This document shows, piece by piece, positions 7,655 through 15,928 of a stretch of DNA of 25,733 bases. Each line of letters opens with the position of its first letter. Positions within the stretch are counted from its first letter, which is position 1. This stretch comes from a virus (lineage: Duplodnaviria; Caudoviricetes), in the IMG/VR virus record IMGVR_UViG_3300037631_002861, positions 1 through 25,733 of that record, one strand, 5' to 3'. The position numbers were made by a program, and so were the translations under genes. The notes beneath the pieces were generated by a model, which ran no database searches, was not told the origin of the DNA, and saw nothing but the letters and a program-made list of their open reading frames with translations.

Positions 7655-7866
7655 TTAACCTAGACCAACGCTATCACGATTACCTTCACACAAACAAGTG
7701 TTTTAACATTGATGGTGTCTGTGAAAAAGTAAGAGCCTATGGTTATACTTGTAATAGTAATGAGATTACTGGTTATTATGTTTTGACTGAAAATAAAAAA
7801 CTATACTATGACATGAGTGAAAGATTTCTTAGGATGGAATCTGTTAAAATTGAATCTGTTAAATAA
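7651..7866 (+). CDS. Hypothetical protein (71 aa)
   Basis: ATGA-coupled ORF. Confidence 0.7.
   Translation: MINLDQRYHDYLHTNKCFNIDGVCEKVRAYGYTCNSNEITGYYVLTENKKLYYDMSERFLRMESVKIESVK
7859..7865 (+). promoter_or_regulatory. Late-promoter-like TTAAATA
   Basis: TAAATA core 18 nt before the ATG at 7884. Confidence 0.45.
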
Positions 7867-7883
7867 TACCAATATGTAAGCTA

Positions 7884-8057
7884 ATGGAACTACAATCACC
7901 AGCAAAACAGTTTGCATATGAAATGCTTTCTAGACAAGTTGCCGAGTGTAATGACATCGAGGAAGTAAAGAGTATATTATTGCAATATGCTCTACTTTAC
8001 TTAAAACAACAAGAAGTTTTATCTTCTTTGGGTCCACCTCCTAAAATAACAAACTAA
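7884..8057 (+). CDS. nblA: NblA-like phycobilisome degradation protein (57 aa)
   Basis: Hand translation MELQSPAKQFAYEMLSRQVAECNDIEEVKSILLQYALLYLKQQEVLSSLGPPPKITN. Helix-loop-helix pattern with EL.S...QF.......QV, as in cyanobacterial NblA as I recall it. Confidence 0.6.
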   Translation: MELQSPAKQFAYEMLSRQVAECNDIEEVKSILLQYALLYLKQQEVLSSLGPPPKITN

Positions 8058-8061
8058 AAAC

Positions 8062-8340
8062 ATGTCCGACCTCAACTTGTCCGATTTAAAATTGGAACGT
8101 AAGGAATGTCCCAAATGTGGGGCTGTCTGGATGAACGGTCAACATTACTGGCATACGGGTGCAATGGGATCTGATTTGGATCTTGCTGGATTAGTTTGCA
8201 ACAATCATGGTGATGACAGTTGTATCAATCCCCTCAAGGGCACAGAAGGTGGAGACACCTGGGCTGATCGCTATGTCGATATGACAAATGATTTTGCAGA
8301 TCTCCATAAGAAAATGACTGACGAGTACGAAAAGGATTGA
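8062..8340 (+). CDS. Hypothetical Cys-containing protein (possible Zn binding)
   Basis: CPKC, LAGLVCN and CINP. Confidence 0.75.
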   Translation: MSDLNLSDLKLERKECPKCGAVWMNGQHYWHTGAMGSDLDLAGLVCNNHGDDSCINPLKGTEGGDTWADRYVDMTNDFADLHKKMTDEYEKD

Positions 8341-8365
8341 CATCCGTCCCTCAATCCCTTATAAT
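8337..8365 (+). promoter_or_regulatory. Perfect sigma70 promoter TTGACA-N17-TATAAT
   Basis: -35 at 8337-8342 (overlaps a stop codon), -10 at 8360-8365. Spans the inverted repeat GGATTGA/TCAATCC. Confidence 0.9.
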
Positions 8366-8387
8366 GATCAGGTAATCAATCAAAGCA

Positions 8388-8603
8388 ATGACAATCACGG
8401 CGAAGTTCAAGAAAGACGTTCAAACCCTCAAAGGGGCAGCAAACGGAGATTTTCTTCTTGACGTAAAGAACCCGAAACTTTTCAAAAAAGTTCGCAAGTT
8501 TTATGAGTCCAATGGTGTAGTTTTTTCAGGTGATCCTTTAGATGATTATGATATTTTGATGGAACAAATCTTTGTTGACCTTGATGCAGTTGAAGCACGA
8601 TGA
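8388..8603 (+). CDS. Hypothetical protein (71 aa)
   Basis: ORF directly downstream of a consensus promoter; LDVKNPKLFKKVRKFY..GVVFSGDPLDDY. Confidence 0.8.
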   Translation: MTITAKFKKDVQTLKGAANGDFLLDVKNPKLFKKVRKFYESNGVVFSGDPLDDYDILMEQIFVDLDAVEAR

Positions 8604-8875
8604 ATGATCTAGATCCTAAGTCTGTTGCTTCAACAGAGACTATTGTTATCCATGAACGATTTCCTTATCGGTTTGTTCAACGTGGATATATTCAATTGAA
8701 TGGAAAGCCTGATTTCCGTATGCAAAAAGCACATGAGTATACTAAAAAATATTCAGACATTTATCTGTTTGATAATGGAGACCAGATGCTTCTTGCTATC
8801 GAAGACTCAGAATATCCCAAGTGGTTAGATCCAGATGGTGTTCCTTGTTACGTGAAAGACTCAGTAGGTCGTTAA
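8600..8875 (+). CDS. Hypothetical protein (91 aa)
   Basis: ATGA-coupled ORF; ERFPYRFVQ..LNGKPDFR..YLFDN. Confidence 0.8.
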   Translation: MNDLDPKSVASTETIVIHERFPYRFVQRGYIQLNGKPDFRMQKAHEYTKKYSDIYLFDNGDQMLLAIEDSEYPKWLDPDGVPCYVKDSVGR

Positions 8876-8913
8876 ACTGACTCAGGTTAAGTTATAGATT
8901 CCATTTTATAGTT

Positions 8914-9477
8914 ATGCACAAAAAATTTAATGCACCATTTCTTTTTTGGACTGAAGTTCCTAATCATAAAGAAATAAAAAAATATCTTTTACCACAGATC
9001 AAAAAAGAGTATACTGAACACCAAGAAGATTATACTATACATTGGAAAAGTTACGTTTACACCTCCATCAAACATGAAAATGAATTCATAAAGCAAGATT
9101 GGATTCTAGATTCTTTAGTCTGGAATCCTTTGGATCAAATGTTTTCAGAAATTGAAATGGCTATTCCACCAAATGAAAGTCATCTTGAAGACATTTGGTG
9201 GAACTATTATCCTGAAGGTGGTTATCAAGAAGCTCATACACATCTGAACACATCTACTACATTCTCAGCTGCATATCTTTTAGATATCAATGAGGAGAAT
9301 AATACAATGTTTACAGATTTTTCACAGATGTTCTTCTTACATAAGGAAATTGATACTAAAGAAATGAAAGAAGGAACGGTAATGATCTTTCCAGCAGATT
9401 TATTACACTATGTAATACCATCAAAAAAAGAAAGATGTACCCTTTCCTTTAATATATCAACAACGTTTACTTTATAA
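8914..9477 (+). CDS. 2OG-Fe(II) oxygenase-superfamily protein
   Basis: WWNYYPEGGYQEAHTH, FSAAYLL, EGTVMIFPADLLHYV and RCTLSFN. Confidence 0.85.
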   Translation: MHKKFNAPFLFWTEVPNHKEIKKYLLPQIKKEYTEHQEDYTIHWKSYVYTSIKHENEFIKQDWILDSLVWNPLDQMFSEIEMAIPPNESHLEDIWWNYYPEGGYQEAHTHLNTSTTFSAAYLLDINEENNTMFTDFSQMFFLHKEIDTKEMKEGTVMIFPADLLHYVIPSKKERCTLSFNISTTFTL

Positions 9478-9479
9478 TC

Positions 9480-10247
9480 ATGAAAAAAGTCTATTATTAT
9501 CCAACAGAATCTGGATTTGGAACAGACGATGAATTGCTTGAGCCAGAAAGATCTGTTTTGGCTGATGATAGATTTTCTTTTCCAATAGAAGCAGCAATTA
9601 CTACTGCTGACAAAAGACTATCCTATTATGAATGTCCAGCTTGGTCACATAAAGCAAAACGAACTTTCATAGTTCGTAGTCCAATTGATATCAGGTTTGA
9701 CTTTGATTTTAGTAAGTACAAAGAAACTGGAGAAGTCTTTGTCAATAGTCCTCGTATAAGTGATGATACATATAACGTACTAACTATACCAACTTTTGAA
9801 AGTCCTAAATGGTATCTAACAGATCCAGAAAAGTTAGTGATGCAATTAACAGCACCTCACTTTCTTTTTTGGACTAGAGAAAAAAACATTTGGATTGAAC
9901 AAAGATCACATCCAAGTACATCTGCAAAAAATAATATAACCATAGTCAATGGTTGGTTCAATATTTCTTCTTGGCCAAGAACGATTTCATTTGCATATGA
10001 TGTTTATGATACTAAGAAATCTGTTATGATTAAAAGGGGAGATCCAATCTATGAGGTTTGTTTTTACTCAAACAATATCAATGATAAGTTTCAATTGATT
10101 AAAAAAGAACCACCAGAAGATCTCAAATTAAAAATTCATAGAAACATCAATCTAAAAAGATTGAGTCCAATCATGTCTAAAGACTTTATGTTTGGGCAAC
10201 AAGAAAAAGAATCTAAATGTCCTTTTAGTTTTCTTTGGAAAAACTGA
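9480..10247 (+). CDS. Hypothetical protein, possibly a dUTPase-like beta fold
   Basis: CPAW..FIVRSPIDI, IKRGDPIYEVCF and C-terminal KCPF; the fold is an inference only. Confidence 0.65.
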   Translation: MKKVYYYPTESGFGTDDELLEPERSVLADDRFSFPIEAAITTADKRLSYYECPAWSHKAKRTFIVRSPIDIRFDFDFSKYKETGEVFVNSPRISDDTYNVLTIPTFESPKWYLTDPEKLVMQLTAPHFLFWTREKNIWIEQRSHPSTSAKNNITIVNGWFNISSWPRTISFAYDVYDTKKSVMIKRGDPIYEVCFYSNNINDKFQLIKKEPPEDLKLKIHRNINLKRLSPIMSKDFMFGQQEKESKCPFSFLWKN

Positions 10248-10291
10248 CCCCGTTGGTAAGGGTCATTAAATATGCCAACTGGCGAGCCTGA
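10245..10291 (+). ncRNA. H-type pseudoknot followed by TGGCGAGCCTGA; candidate wcaG/manA-type cyanophage RNA element
   Basis: Stem 1 TGACCC(10245-10250)/GGGTCA(10260-10265). Loop GTTGGTA(10252-10258) pairs with TGCCAAC(10273-10279). Located upstream of a WcaG-family epimerase. Confidence 0.6.
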
Positions 10292-10298
10292 CCTTCAT

Positions 10299-10327
10299 AA
10301 AGACCCTTGACAACAGGGGTCTTTTTT
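10299..10327 (+). terminator. Rho-independent terminator
   Basis: Stem AAAGACCCTTG/CAGGGGTCTTT with a T-tract. Confidence 0.85.
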
Positions 10328-10335
10328 AGTATGAT
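10307..10335 (+). promoter_or_regulatory. sigma70 promoter TTGACA-N17-TATGAT for the glycan operon
   Basis: -35 at 10307-10312 in the hairpin apex, -10 at 10330-10335; AGGAAGGA RBS-like sequence before the ATG at 10362. Confidence 0.85.
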
Positions 10336-10361
10336 ACATAGGAAGGAATTAAAATTAAAAC

Positions 10362-11420
10362 ATGTCCGAATATAAAAAAACAGCATTGGTCCTAGGTGCT
10401 GGTGGATTTATCGGGAGTCATATGGTAAAGCGCCTTCGTTCAGAGGGCTATTGGGTACGTGGTGTTGACCTTAAGCGACCTGAGTTTTCTGATACAGAGG
10501 CAAACGAATTCATTCAAGGTGATCTACGTGATGTAGATTTTGTTCGTCGCTGTATCACATTTAAAGGATATCTTGGTAACTTCTATGCAAGTGTTCCTTA
10601 TCAATACTATGAATCCTTTGATGAGATCTATCAGTTTGCTGCTGATATGGGTGGAGCAGGATTTGTATTCACTGGTGAAAATGATGCAGACATCATGCAC
10701 AACTCAGTGTCTATCAATCTGAATGTTCTTGAGGAACAAAGAAAGTTTAATGAGAGGTATGAAGTAAACAAAACCAAGATCTTCTATTCTGGTTCTGCTT
10801 GCATGTATCCAGAGTATGCTCAAGAAGAAACAAATAATCCTGGACTGAGAGAAAATGATGCATATCCAGCCGCACCTGATTCTGAGTATGGATGGGAAAA
10901 ACTCTTCAGTGAGCGTCTCTACTTTGCTTACAATCGTAACCATGGTATCCCTGTTCGGGTTGCTAGGTATCACAATATCTTCGGACCTGAAGGAACCTGG
11001 GACGGTGGAAGAGAAAAGGCACCAGCTGCAATCAGCCGTAAAGTCGCTTACCTCCCAGAGGTCGGTGGAGCTATCGAGGTGTGGGGAGATGGCCTACAAA
11101 CTCGTTCCTTCCTGTACGTTGACGAATGCATTGAAGCAACTAGAAGACTAATGGATAGTGACTTCATGGGACCTGTGAATATTGGTTCTGAAGAAATGGT
11201 CAGTATTAATCAATTGGTTGAGATTGCTGCTAAAGTTTCTGGTAAGGTTGTTAGGAAGAAGTATAAACTAGATGCACCTACTGGTGTTCGTGGACGTAAC
11301 TCTAATAATGATCTAATTAGTGAGAAACTTGAATGGAACTATAGTCAAACTCTAGAAGAAGGTATTCGTAAAACATATACTTGGATTCAGGAGCAAATTA
11401 ATGCAGCGTCAAAAGTTTAA
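10362..11420 (+). CDS. NAD-dependent nucleotide-sugar epimerase, GDP-mannose 3,5-epimerase-like
   Basis: GAGGFIG, AADMGGAGF, SGSACMYP, YGWEK (YxxxK), GTWDGGREKAPAA, WGDGLQTRSF and GVRGRNSNN. Confidence 0.92.
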   Translation: MSEYKKTALVLGAGGFIGSHMVKRLRSEGYWVRGVDLKRPEFSDTEANEFIQGDLRDVDFVRRCITFKGYLGNFYASVPYQYYESFDEIYQFAADMGGAGFVFTGENDADIMHNSVSINLNVLEEQRKFNERYEVNKTKIFYSGSACMYPEYAQEETNNPGLRENDAYPAAPDSEYGWEKLFSERLYFAYNRNHGIPVRVARYHNIFGPEGTWDGGREKAPAAISRKVAYLPEVGGAIEVWGDGLQTRSFLYVDECIEATRRLMDSDFMGPVNIGSEEMVSINQLVEIAAKVSGKVVRKKYKLDAPTGVRGRNSNNDLISEKLEWNYSQTLEEGIRKTYTWIQEQINAASKV

Positions 11421-12204
11421 TCTTGTAGGTGATACCTTTACTCACCTTACGAATGGAAACAAAGGATACTCTGTTCACGGAAAGGAATCTCAATATATTG
11501 AATGGGTGAAAGATGGTGGAGAGGCTACATTTTATATTGATAGCACTCTACCATACGCATGGATTAATCCGAAACCAGGTCCAAAATATGCCTGGTTGTT
11601 GGAATCAAAATATATCACACCACAGATTGTTGATTCAGTAAAAATGAATTCTCAACAATACATAGATACCTTTGACGCAATCTTCACTCACAATCAAGAC
11701 TTGCTTTCAATTCATCCCAAATTTAAATGGTGCCCTGCTCAAGGGTTTTGGATTAAAGAACCTAAGATCTATGAGAAATCAAAAATGATTTCCATGATTG
11801 CATCAAATAAAAGAATGTGTCAAGGGCATACAACACGTTTAGAATGGGTGGAAAAACTAAGAGATCAAGTTGATCTTTATGGCCGTGGATTCAATGAGAT
11901 CTTACATAAAGAAGAAGGTCTTTGTGATTATATGTTCTCAATAGCAATTGAGAATGGACAATATGAAACTTACTTCACTGAAAAACTACTTGATTGTTTC
12001 GCAACAGGAACCATTCCTGTTTATCTTGGAGCTCCTGACATTGGAAAATACTTCAATGCTGATGGTATAATTACTCTTAGCGATGAGTTTTATATTTCAG
12101 ATGAACTCTATTCCAGTAAAATGGATGCTATCAAAGACAATCTAGAGATTGTCAAAAAAATGGAAGTCCTTGAAGACTTTATTTACCTTACTTATTTCTG
12201 CTAA
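11401..12204 (+). CDS. Glycosyltransferase family 10-like (alpha-1,3-fucosyltransferase motif)
   Basis: YMFSIAIEN...YFTEKLLDCFATGTIPVYLG. Confidence 0.85.
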   Translation: MQRQKFNLVGDTFTHLTNGNKGYSVHGKESQYIEWVKDGGEATFYIDSTLPYAWINPKPGPKYAWLLESKYITPQIVDSVKMNSQQYIDTFDAIFTHNQDLLSIHPKFKWCPAQGFWIKEPKIYEKSKMISMIASNKRMCQGHTTRLEWVEKLRDQVDLYGRGFNEILHKEEGLCDYMFSIAIENGQYETYFTEKLLDCFATGTIPVYLGAPDIGKYFNADGIITLSDEFYISDELYSSKMDAIKDNLEIVKKMEVLEDFIYLTYFC

Positions 12205-12206
12205 CT

Positions 12207-12839
12207 ATGGGACAAATTAATCATCCAGTCAAACTGAAGAAAATGCTTCAGGATTTTGACATTAAGAATTTTGTGGAGAGTGGAACTGGGGATGGTTCTA
12301 GTATGGATAAAGTCCTTCTCACTGAAGTTGTAGACGATTCATATGGTGTAGAACTTGATGATGGTCTTTATAAAAAATTAGAGAAAAAATATAATAGTCT
12401 GGATTATGTTCATCTGTATAATGGATATACAGAGGATCGTTTTGCTGATGTTCTGAATGATCTTGGTGATACTCCAACTCTATTCTGGCTAGATGCACAT
12501 TTCCCTGGTGCAGACTATGGAGATGCTAGTTATGGTGCTGAGGAAGATATTGATAAGCGTCTTCCTATGGAGAAAGAACTTCGTGTCATGAAGGACAATC
12601 GTGATCTATCAAAAGATATTATCTTCATGGACGATTTACGAATCTATGTTGATCGCCCTTTCATTGCTGGTTCATGGCCTCAAAGAAAACTATATGGTGG
12701 TGATGGATATGACTTTGTTGAGGAGATTATTGGTGACACACATATTCTAATTGAACATCATGGAGATCAGGGATATCTTTTAGCGTTCCCAATTGATACC
12801 GCAGAAGAAAAAATTAGAGAAATTCTTAATGAAATCTAA
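12207..12839 (+). CDS. Putative class I SAM-dependent methyltransferase
   Basis: FVESGTGDG, YGVELD, FWLDAH and IFMDD. Confidence 0.7.
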   Translation: MGQINHPVKLKKMLQDFDIKNFVESGTGDGSSMDKVLLTEVVDDSYGVELDDGLYKKLEKKYNSLDYVHLYNGYTEDRFADVLNDLGDTPTLFWLDAHFPGADYGDASYGAEEDIDKRLPMEKELRVMKDNRDLSKDIIFMDDLRIYVDRPFIAGSWPQRKLYGGDGYDFVEEIIGDTHILIEHHGDQGYLLAFPIDTAEEKIREILNEI

Positions 12840-13551
12840 TGTCATTGTCCTTCAGCAAGGTGGTTTGGGGGACATCTTTTTTATTCAAAAACTTTGTAAG
12901 AAACTTTCTACAAATTATAATGTGTACCATCCAGTCACATCAGAAATGTGGAATGCTGGTGTCAATCAATTAATCACTGAAGATTTTAAATGTGGAGTAG
13001 ATCTTGATCTACCACAAGATAATGTGATGCTATATGATTGTTCTAATCAACCAAAACCTAATGGTTCTGTTGATATTATGACATCAAAATATGCAGCTAC
13101 TGGTTTTGGTTGGCATGATTGGAGAGAGTACTTTACTTACAAACGTAATTATGAAAGGGAATCTAATCTAAAAGATACTTTGGGTATTCAGGACGGAGAA
13201 CCATTCATCTTTGCAAATAAGTGGTATAGTTTTCGTAAACCACATGAAGGTGTTGAACTGAGTATTCCAGAAGATTATGATGGTAAAGTTATCTGGATGG
13301 ATACAGATCTAACTCCAAGTGTATTTGATTGGTGTTGGGTTATAGAAAATGCAGAGCAAATTCACATCGTTGATACTTGCCTAAATTATATCGTAGACAC
13401 TCTCAACATTAAGGCAGACACTTTGATCTGTCACCCAAGGCATTATAAAAATACAGAGGAATGCGTTGGAAAATTATTCAATGCACCTTGGCAATGGGTT
13501 GATTATGAAAGATGGTTGTGGCGTGAAAAAGTTCCTCAGGAGTTAGAATGA
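12829..13551 (+). CDS. Putative GT-B glycosyltransferase (GT9-like GLGD start)
   Basis: VLQQGGLGDIFF and SVFDWCWVIENAEQIHIVDT. ATG 12829 preferred. Confidence 0.65.
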   Translation: MKSNVIVLQQGGLGDIFFIQKLCKKLSTNYNVYHPVTSEMWNAGVNQLITEDFKCGVDLDLPQDNVMLYDCSNQPKPNGSVDIMTSKYAATGFGWHDWREYFTYKRNYERESNLKDTLGIQDGEPFIFANKWYSFRKPHEGVELSIPEDYDGKVIWMDTDLTPSVFDWCWVIENAEQIHIVDTCLNYIVDTLNIKADTLICHPRHYKNTEECVGKLFNAPWQWVDYERWLWREKVPQELE

Positions 13552-14309
13552 AAACTGGATTGATTTATCAACCATGTGGGCTTGGAGATATTCTCTTCCT
13601 ACAAAAAGGCGCACACTATATTCAAAATGAACTTGGGTATAAAGTATATTGGCCTGTGATTCATGAATTCAAATGGTTAAAGGATTATATTCCTGACTTT
13701 GAATTTGTATCCTGGGGAGACGATAGTAATCCAGTAAATGGCAGTACGGAACCTATTCCTGAGTCCTGTCAATTCCCACACAAAGACAAATATATTCATG
13801 GAGCTCCAAGTAAAATGGAACCTGATTTATTTTTCTTTCAGGGATTTGGTGATTACCAACCAATAATGAAGGGGAAATATGATAACCTCGGACTTGATTG
13901 GAAAGACTGGAGAGATTATATTCATTTCAATAGAAATATTGAAAAGGAGAAAGAACTGTATTATAATGTTCTTGGTTTAAAAGATGATGATGAGTTTGTC
14001 TACGTCAATCGTCTTTGGTGTACAAGGCCAAAACTAGAGTTCTTCCCACACATTCCAGCAGACTCTCAAAGTTATGGTGGATATAAAGTAGTTGAGAACC
14101 AAATTATTCCTGGTTACTCTTTGTTTGATTGGTGTATGGTTTTTGAAAAAGCATCCGCTGTATTCATGATAGAAACAGCAATCAATTATATTTTAGAGTC
14201 ACCACAACTCTTTGAAACCATGTCTAAAAAACCACTATATCTTTGGCATAGGTGGGGAGACTGGTCTCAAGTTCGTTATCTTTTTAATTTACCTTGGAGA
14301 TATCAATGA
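13548..14309 (+). CDS. Putative GT-B glycosyltransferase, paralog of the preceding gene
   Basis: QPCGLGDILFLQK, DWRDYIHFNRNIEKE and SLFDWCMVFEKA. Confidence 0.65.
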   Translation: MKTGLIYQPCGLGDILFLQKGAHYIQNELGYKVYWPVIHEFKWLKDYIPDFEFVSWGDDSNPVNGSTEPIPESCQFPHKDKYIHGAPSKMEPDLFFFQGFGDYQPIMKGKYDNLGLDWKDWRDYIHFNRNIEKEKELYYNVLGLKDDDEFVYVNRLWCTRPKLEFFPHIPADSQSYGGYKVVENQIIPGYSLFDWCMVFEKASAVFMIETAINYILESPQLFETMSKKPLYLWHRWGDWSQVRYLFNLPWRYQ

Positions 14310-14800
14310 TAGAAACTATTGAATTTCAACATAAGTGGTATCCTAAATTTCAAACTGAAGGAAATGCATCTCAATTTGCTATTCCTTTCGCCCTGCATGT
14401 TTGCAAAGGTCTTGGTTATGATATTGGATGCATGAAACCAGAGTGGGCTTTACCTAATGCCACTGCCATTGATCTTGATTTTGATGATCCATGGGATGCT
14501 GATAATCTTCCACCAAATGTTTCTCCAGACTATATCTTCTCTAGTCATTGTTTGGAACATGTTCCTGACTGGGTGGCTACAATGGATTACTGGCATGAAA
14601 AACTTAGAGTAGGTGGAACTTTATTCTTATATCTTCCTGATTTTAGTCAAAGGTATTGGAGACCTTGGAACAATTACAAGCATAAGCATGTATTCACTCC
14701 AGACATTATTGAACAATATATGTTTGATCGTGGATATAAAAATGTATTTGTATCAGGTATAGATCTTAATAATTCATTCATGGCAATGGGAGAAAAATGA
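14306..14800 (+). CDS. SAM-dependent methyltransferase (type 11-like)
   Basis: YDIGC, DYIFSSHCLEHV and LRVGGTLFLYLP. ATG 14306 gives an ATGA overlap. Confidence 0.85.
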   Translation: MIETIEFQHKWYPKFQTEGNASQFAIPFALHVCKGLGYDIGCMKPEWALPNATAIDLDFDDPWDADNLPPNVSPDYIFSSHCLEHVPDWVATMDYWHEKLRVGGTLFLYLPDFSQRYWRPWNNYKHKHVFTPDIIEQYMFDRGYKNVFVSGIDLNNSFMAMGEK

Positions 14801-15219
14801 AGTTGAGATCTAAGATCATTTTTACAAATGGGTGCTTTGATATTTTGCATCCTGGGCATATTGCAATGTTTGAATATGCAAGAAGTCTTGGAACCAAACT
14901 GATTGTTGCCATTGACTCTGATGAAAAAGTAAAACAAATGAAAGGTGATTCGAGACCTGTCAACAGTCAAGATGATAGGAAATTTATTCTTGAGGCCATT
15001 CGACACATAGATGAGGTAATCATTTTTAATTCTAAAGATGAATTACGAGAACTTGTTAAAATGACAAAACCTGATATAATGATGGTTGGATCTGATTATG
15101 AAGGAAAGGAAGTTGTAGGTTCTGATTATGCAAAAGAAGTTAGGTTTTTCAATAAAGTCAGAGGACACTCTACAAGTAAAATCATTGAAAGTATTATTGA
15201 TCGGAGAGTCTTGTGTTGA
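14797..15219 (+). CDS. Sugar-phosphate nucleotidyltransferase (HldE/RfaE domain II-like)
   Basis: FTNGCFDILHPGH, VAIDSD..KGDSRPVN, GSDY and HSTSKII. Confidence 0.9.
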   Translation: MKLRSKIIFTNGCFDILHPGHIAMFEYARSLGTKLIVAIDSDEKVKQMKGDSRPVNSQDDRKFILEAIRHIDEVIIFNSKDELRELVKMTKPDIMMVGSDYEGKEVVGSDYAKEVRFFNKVRGHSTSKIIESIIDRRVLC

Positions 15220-15928
15220 TGAATATAATTATGGAGAGTGTCGTAGGTTGAGCCCTGAGGCACCAGTTCCTGTTTTAGATTATACTGAGACCACCTTACA
15301 TCCTGGCATGGCATCTAATGTTCTTCAGAACTTAGAGTCTTTTGGATGTAAGGTGGATTTTATTACGAATAATCCTGAGGATCTTCGCAAGACACGATTT
15401 GTTGATGCCAGATCAAAGCAACAACTTCTTCGTGTTGATGAAGGAACTTGTGTTGATCCATTGAATCTAAAAAATCTAAAAAATTTAGATGACTATGATG
15501 TCATCATCTTTTCAGATTATGATAAGGGTTTGATTCCTTGGTCAGCTGCAAATTATGTTTGTCAGAATTACAAGGGAAAAATCTTTGTAGACTCAAAGAA
15601 AACAGATCTATCTTGCTATCAAAATGCTTACATCAAGATCAATGAGTTTGAAAATCAGCAAGCACTTGCCTATTCAGAGAGTTGTTCTTTCATTGTAACT
15701 CTTGGTATGAATGGTGCAAAGTGGAATGGTAGGATTTATCCTGCACCTAAAGTAGACGTGTATGATGTATCTGGTGCTGGAGATGTATTTCTAGCAACAC
15801 TATCTGTTGTCGCTACTATGGAAGATCTTGACACTGCTGTTCAAAAGTCTGTTCTAATGGCATCTCGTTCAGTGCAGCATTTTGGAACATATAAATTAAC
15901 TAAGGAAGACATCACAGAAGTATTATGA
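15128..15928 (+). CDS. PfkB-family sugar-phosphate kinase (HldE/RfaE domain I-like)
   Basis: RLSPEAPVPV, GMASNV, KTRF, QLLRVD, SDYDKG and DVSGAGDVF. The true start may be TTG 15185. Confidence 0.9.
   Translation: MQKKLGFSIKSEDTLQVKSLKVLLIGESCVDEYNYGECRRLSPEAPVPVLDYTETTLHPGMASNVLQNLESFGCKVDFITNNPEDLRKTRFVDARSKQQLLRVDEGTCVDPLNLKNLKNLDDYDVIIFSDYDKGLIPWSAANYVCQNYKGKIFVDSKKTDLSCYQNAYIKINEFENQQALAYSESCSFIVTLGMNGAKWNGRIYPAPKVDVYDVSGAGDVFLATLSVVATMEDLDTAVQKSVLMASRSVQHFGTYKLTKEDITEVL

Noticed and set aside
7837-7863. Direct repeat GAATCTGTTAAA x2
   Set aside because: Two copies only, at an ORF end (ESVKIESVK); a simple local duplication, not an array.
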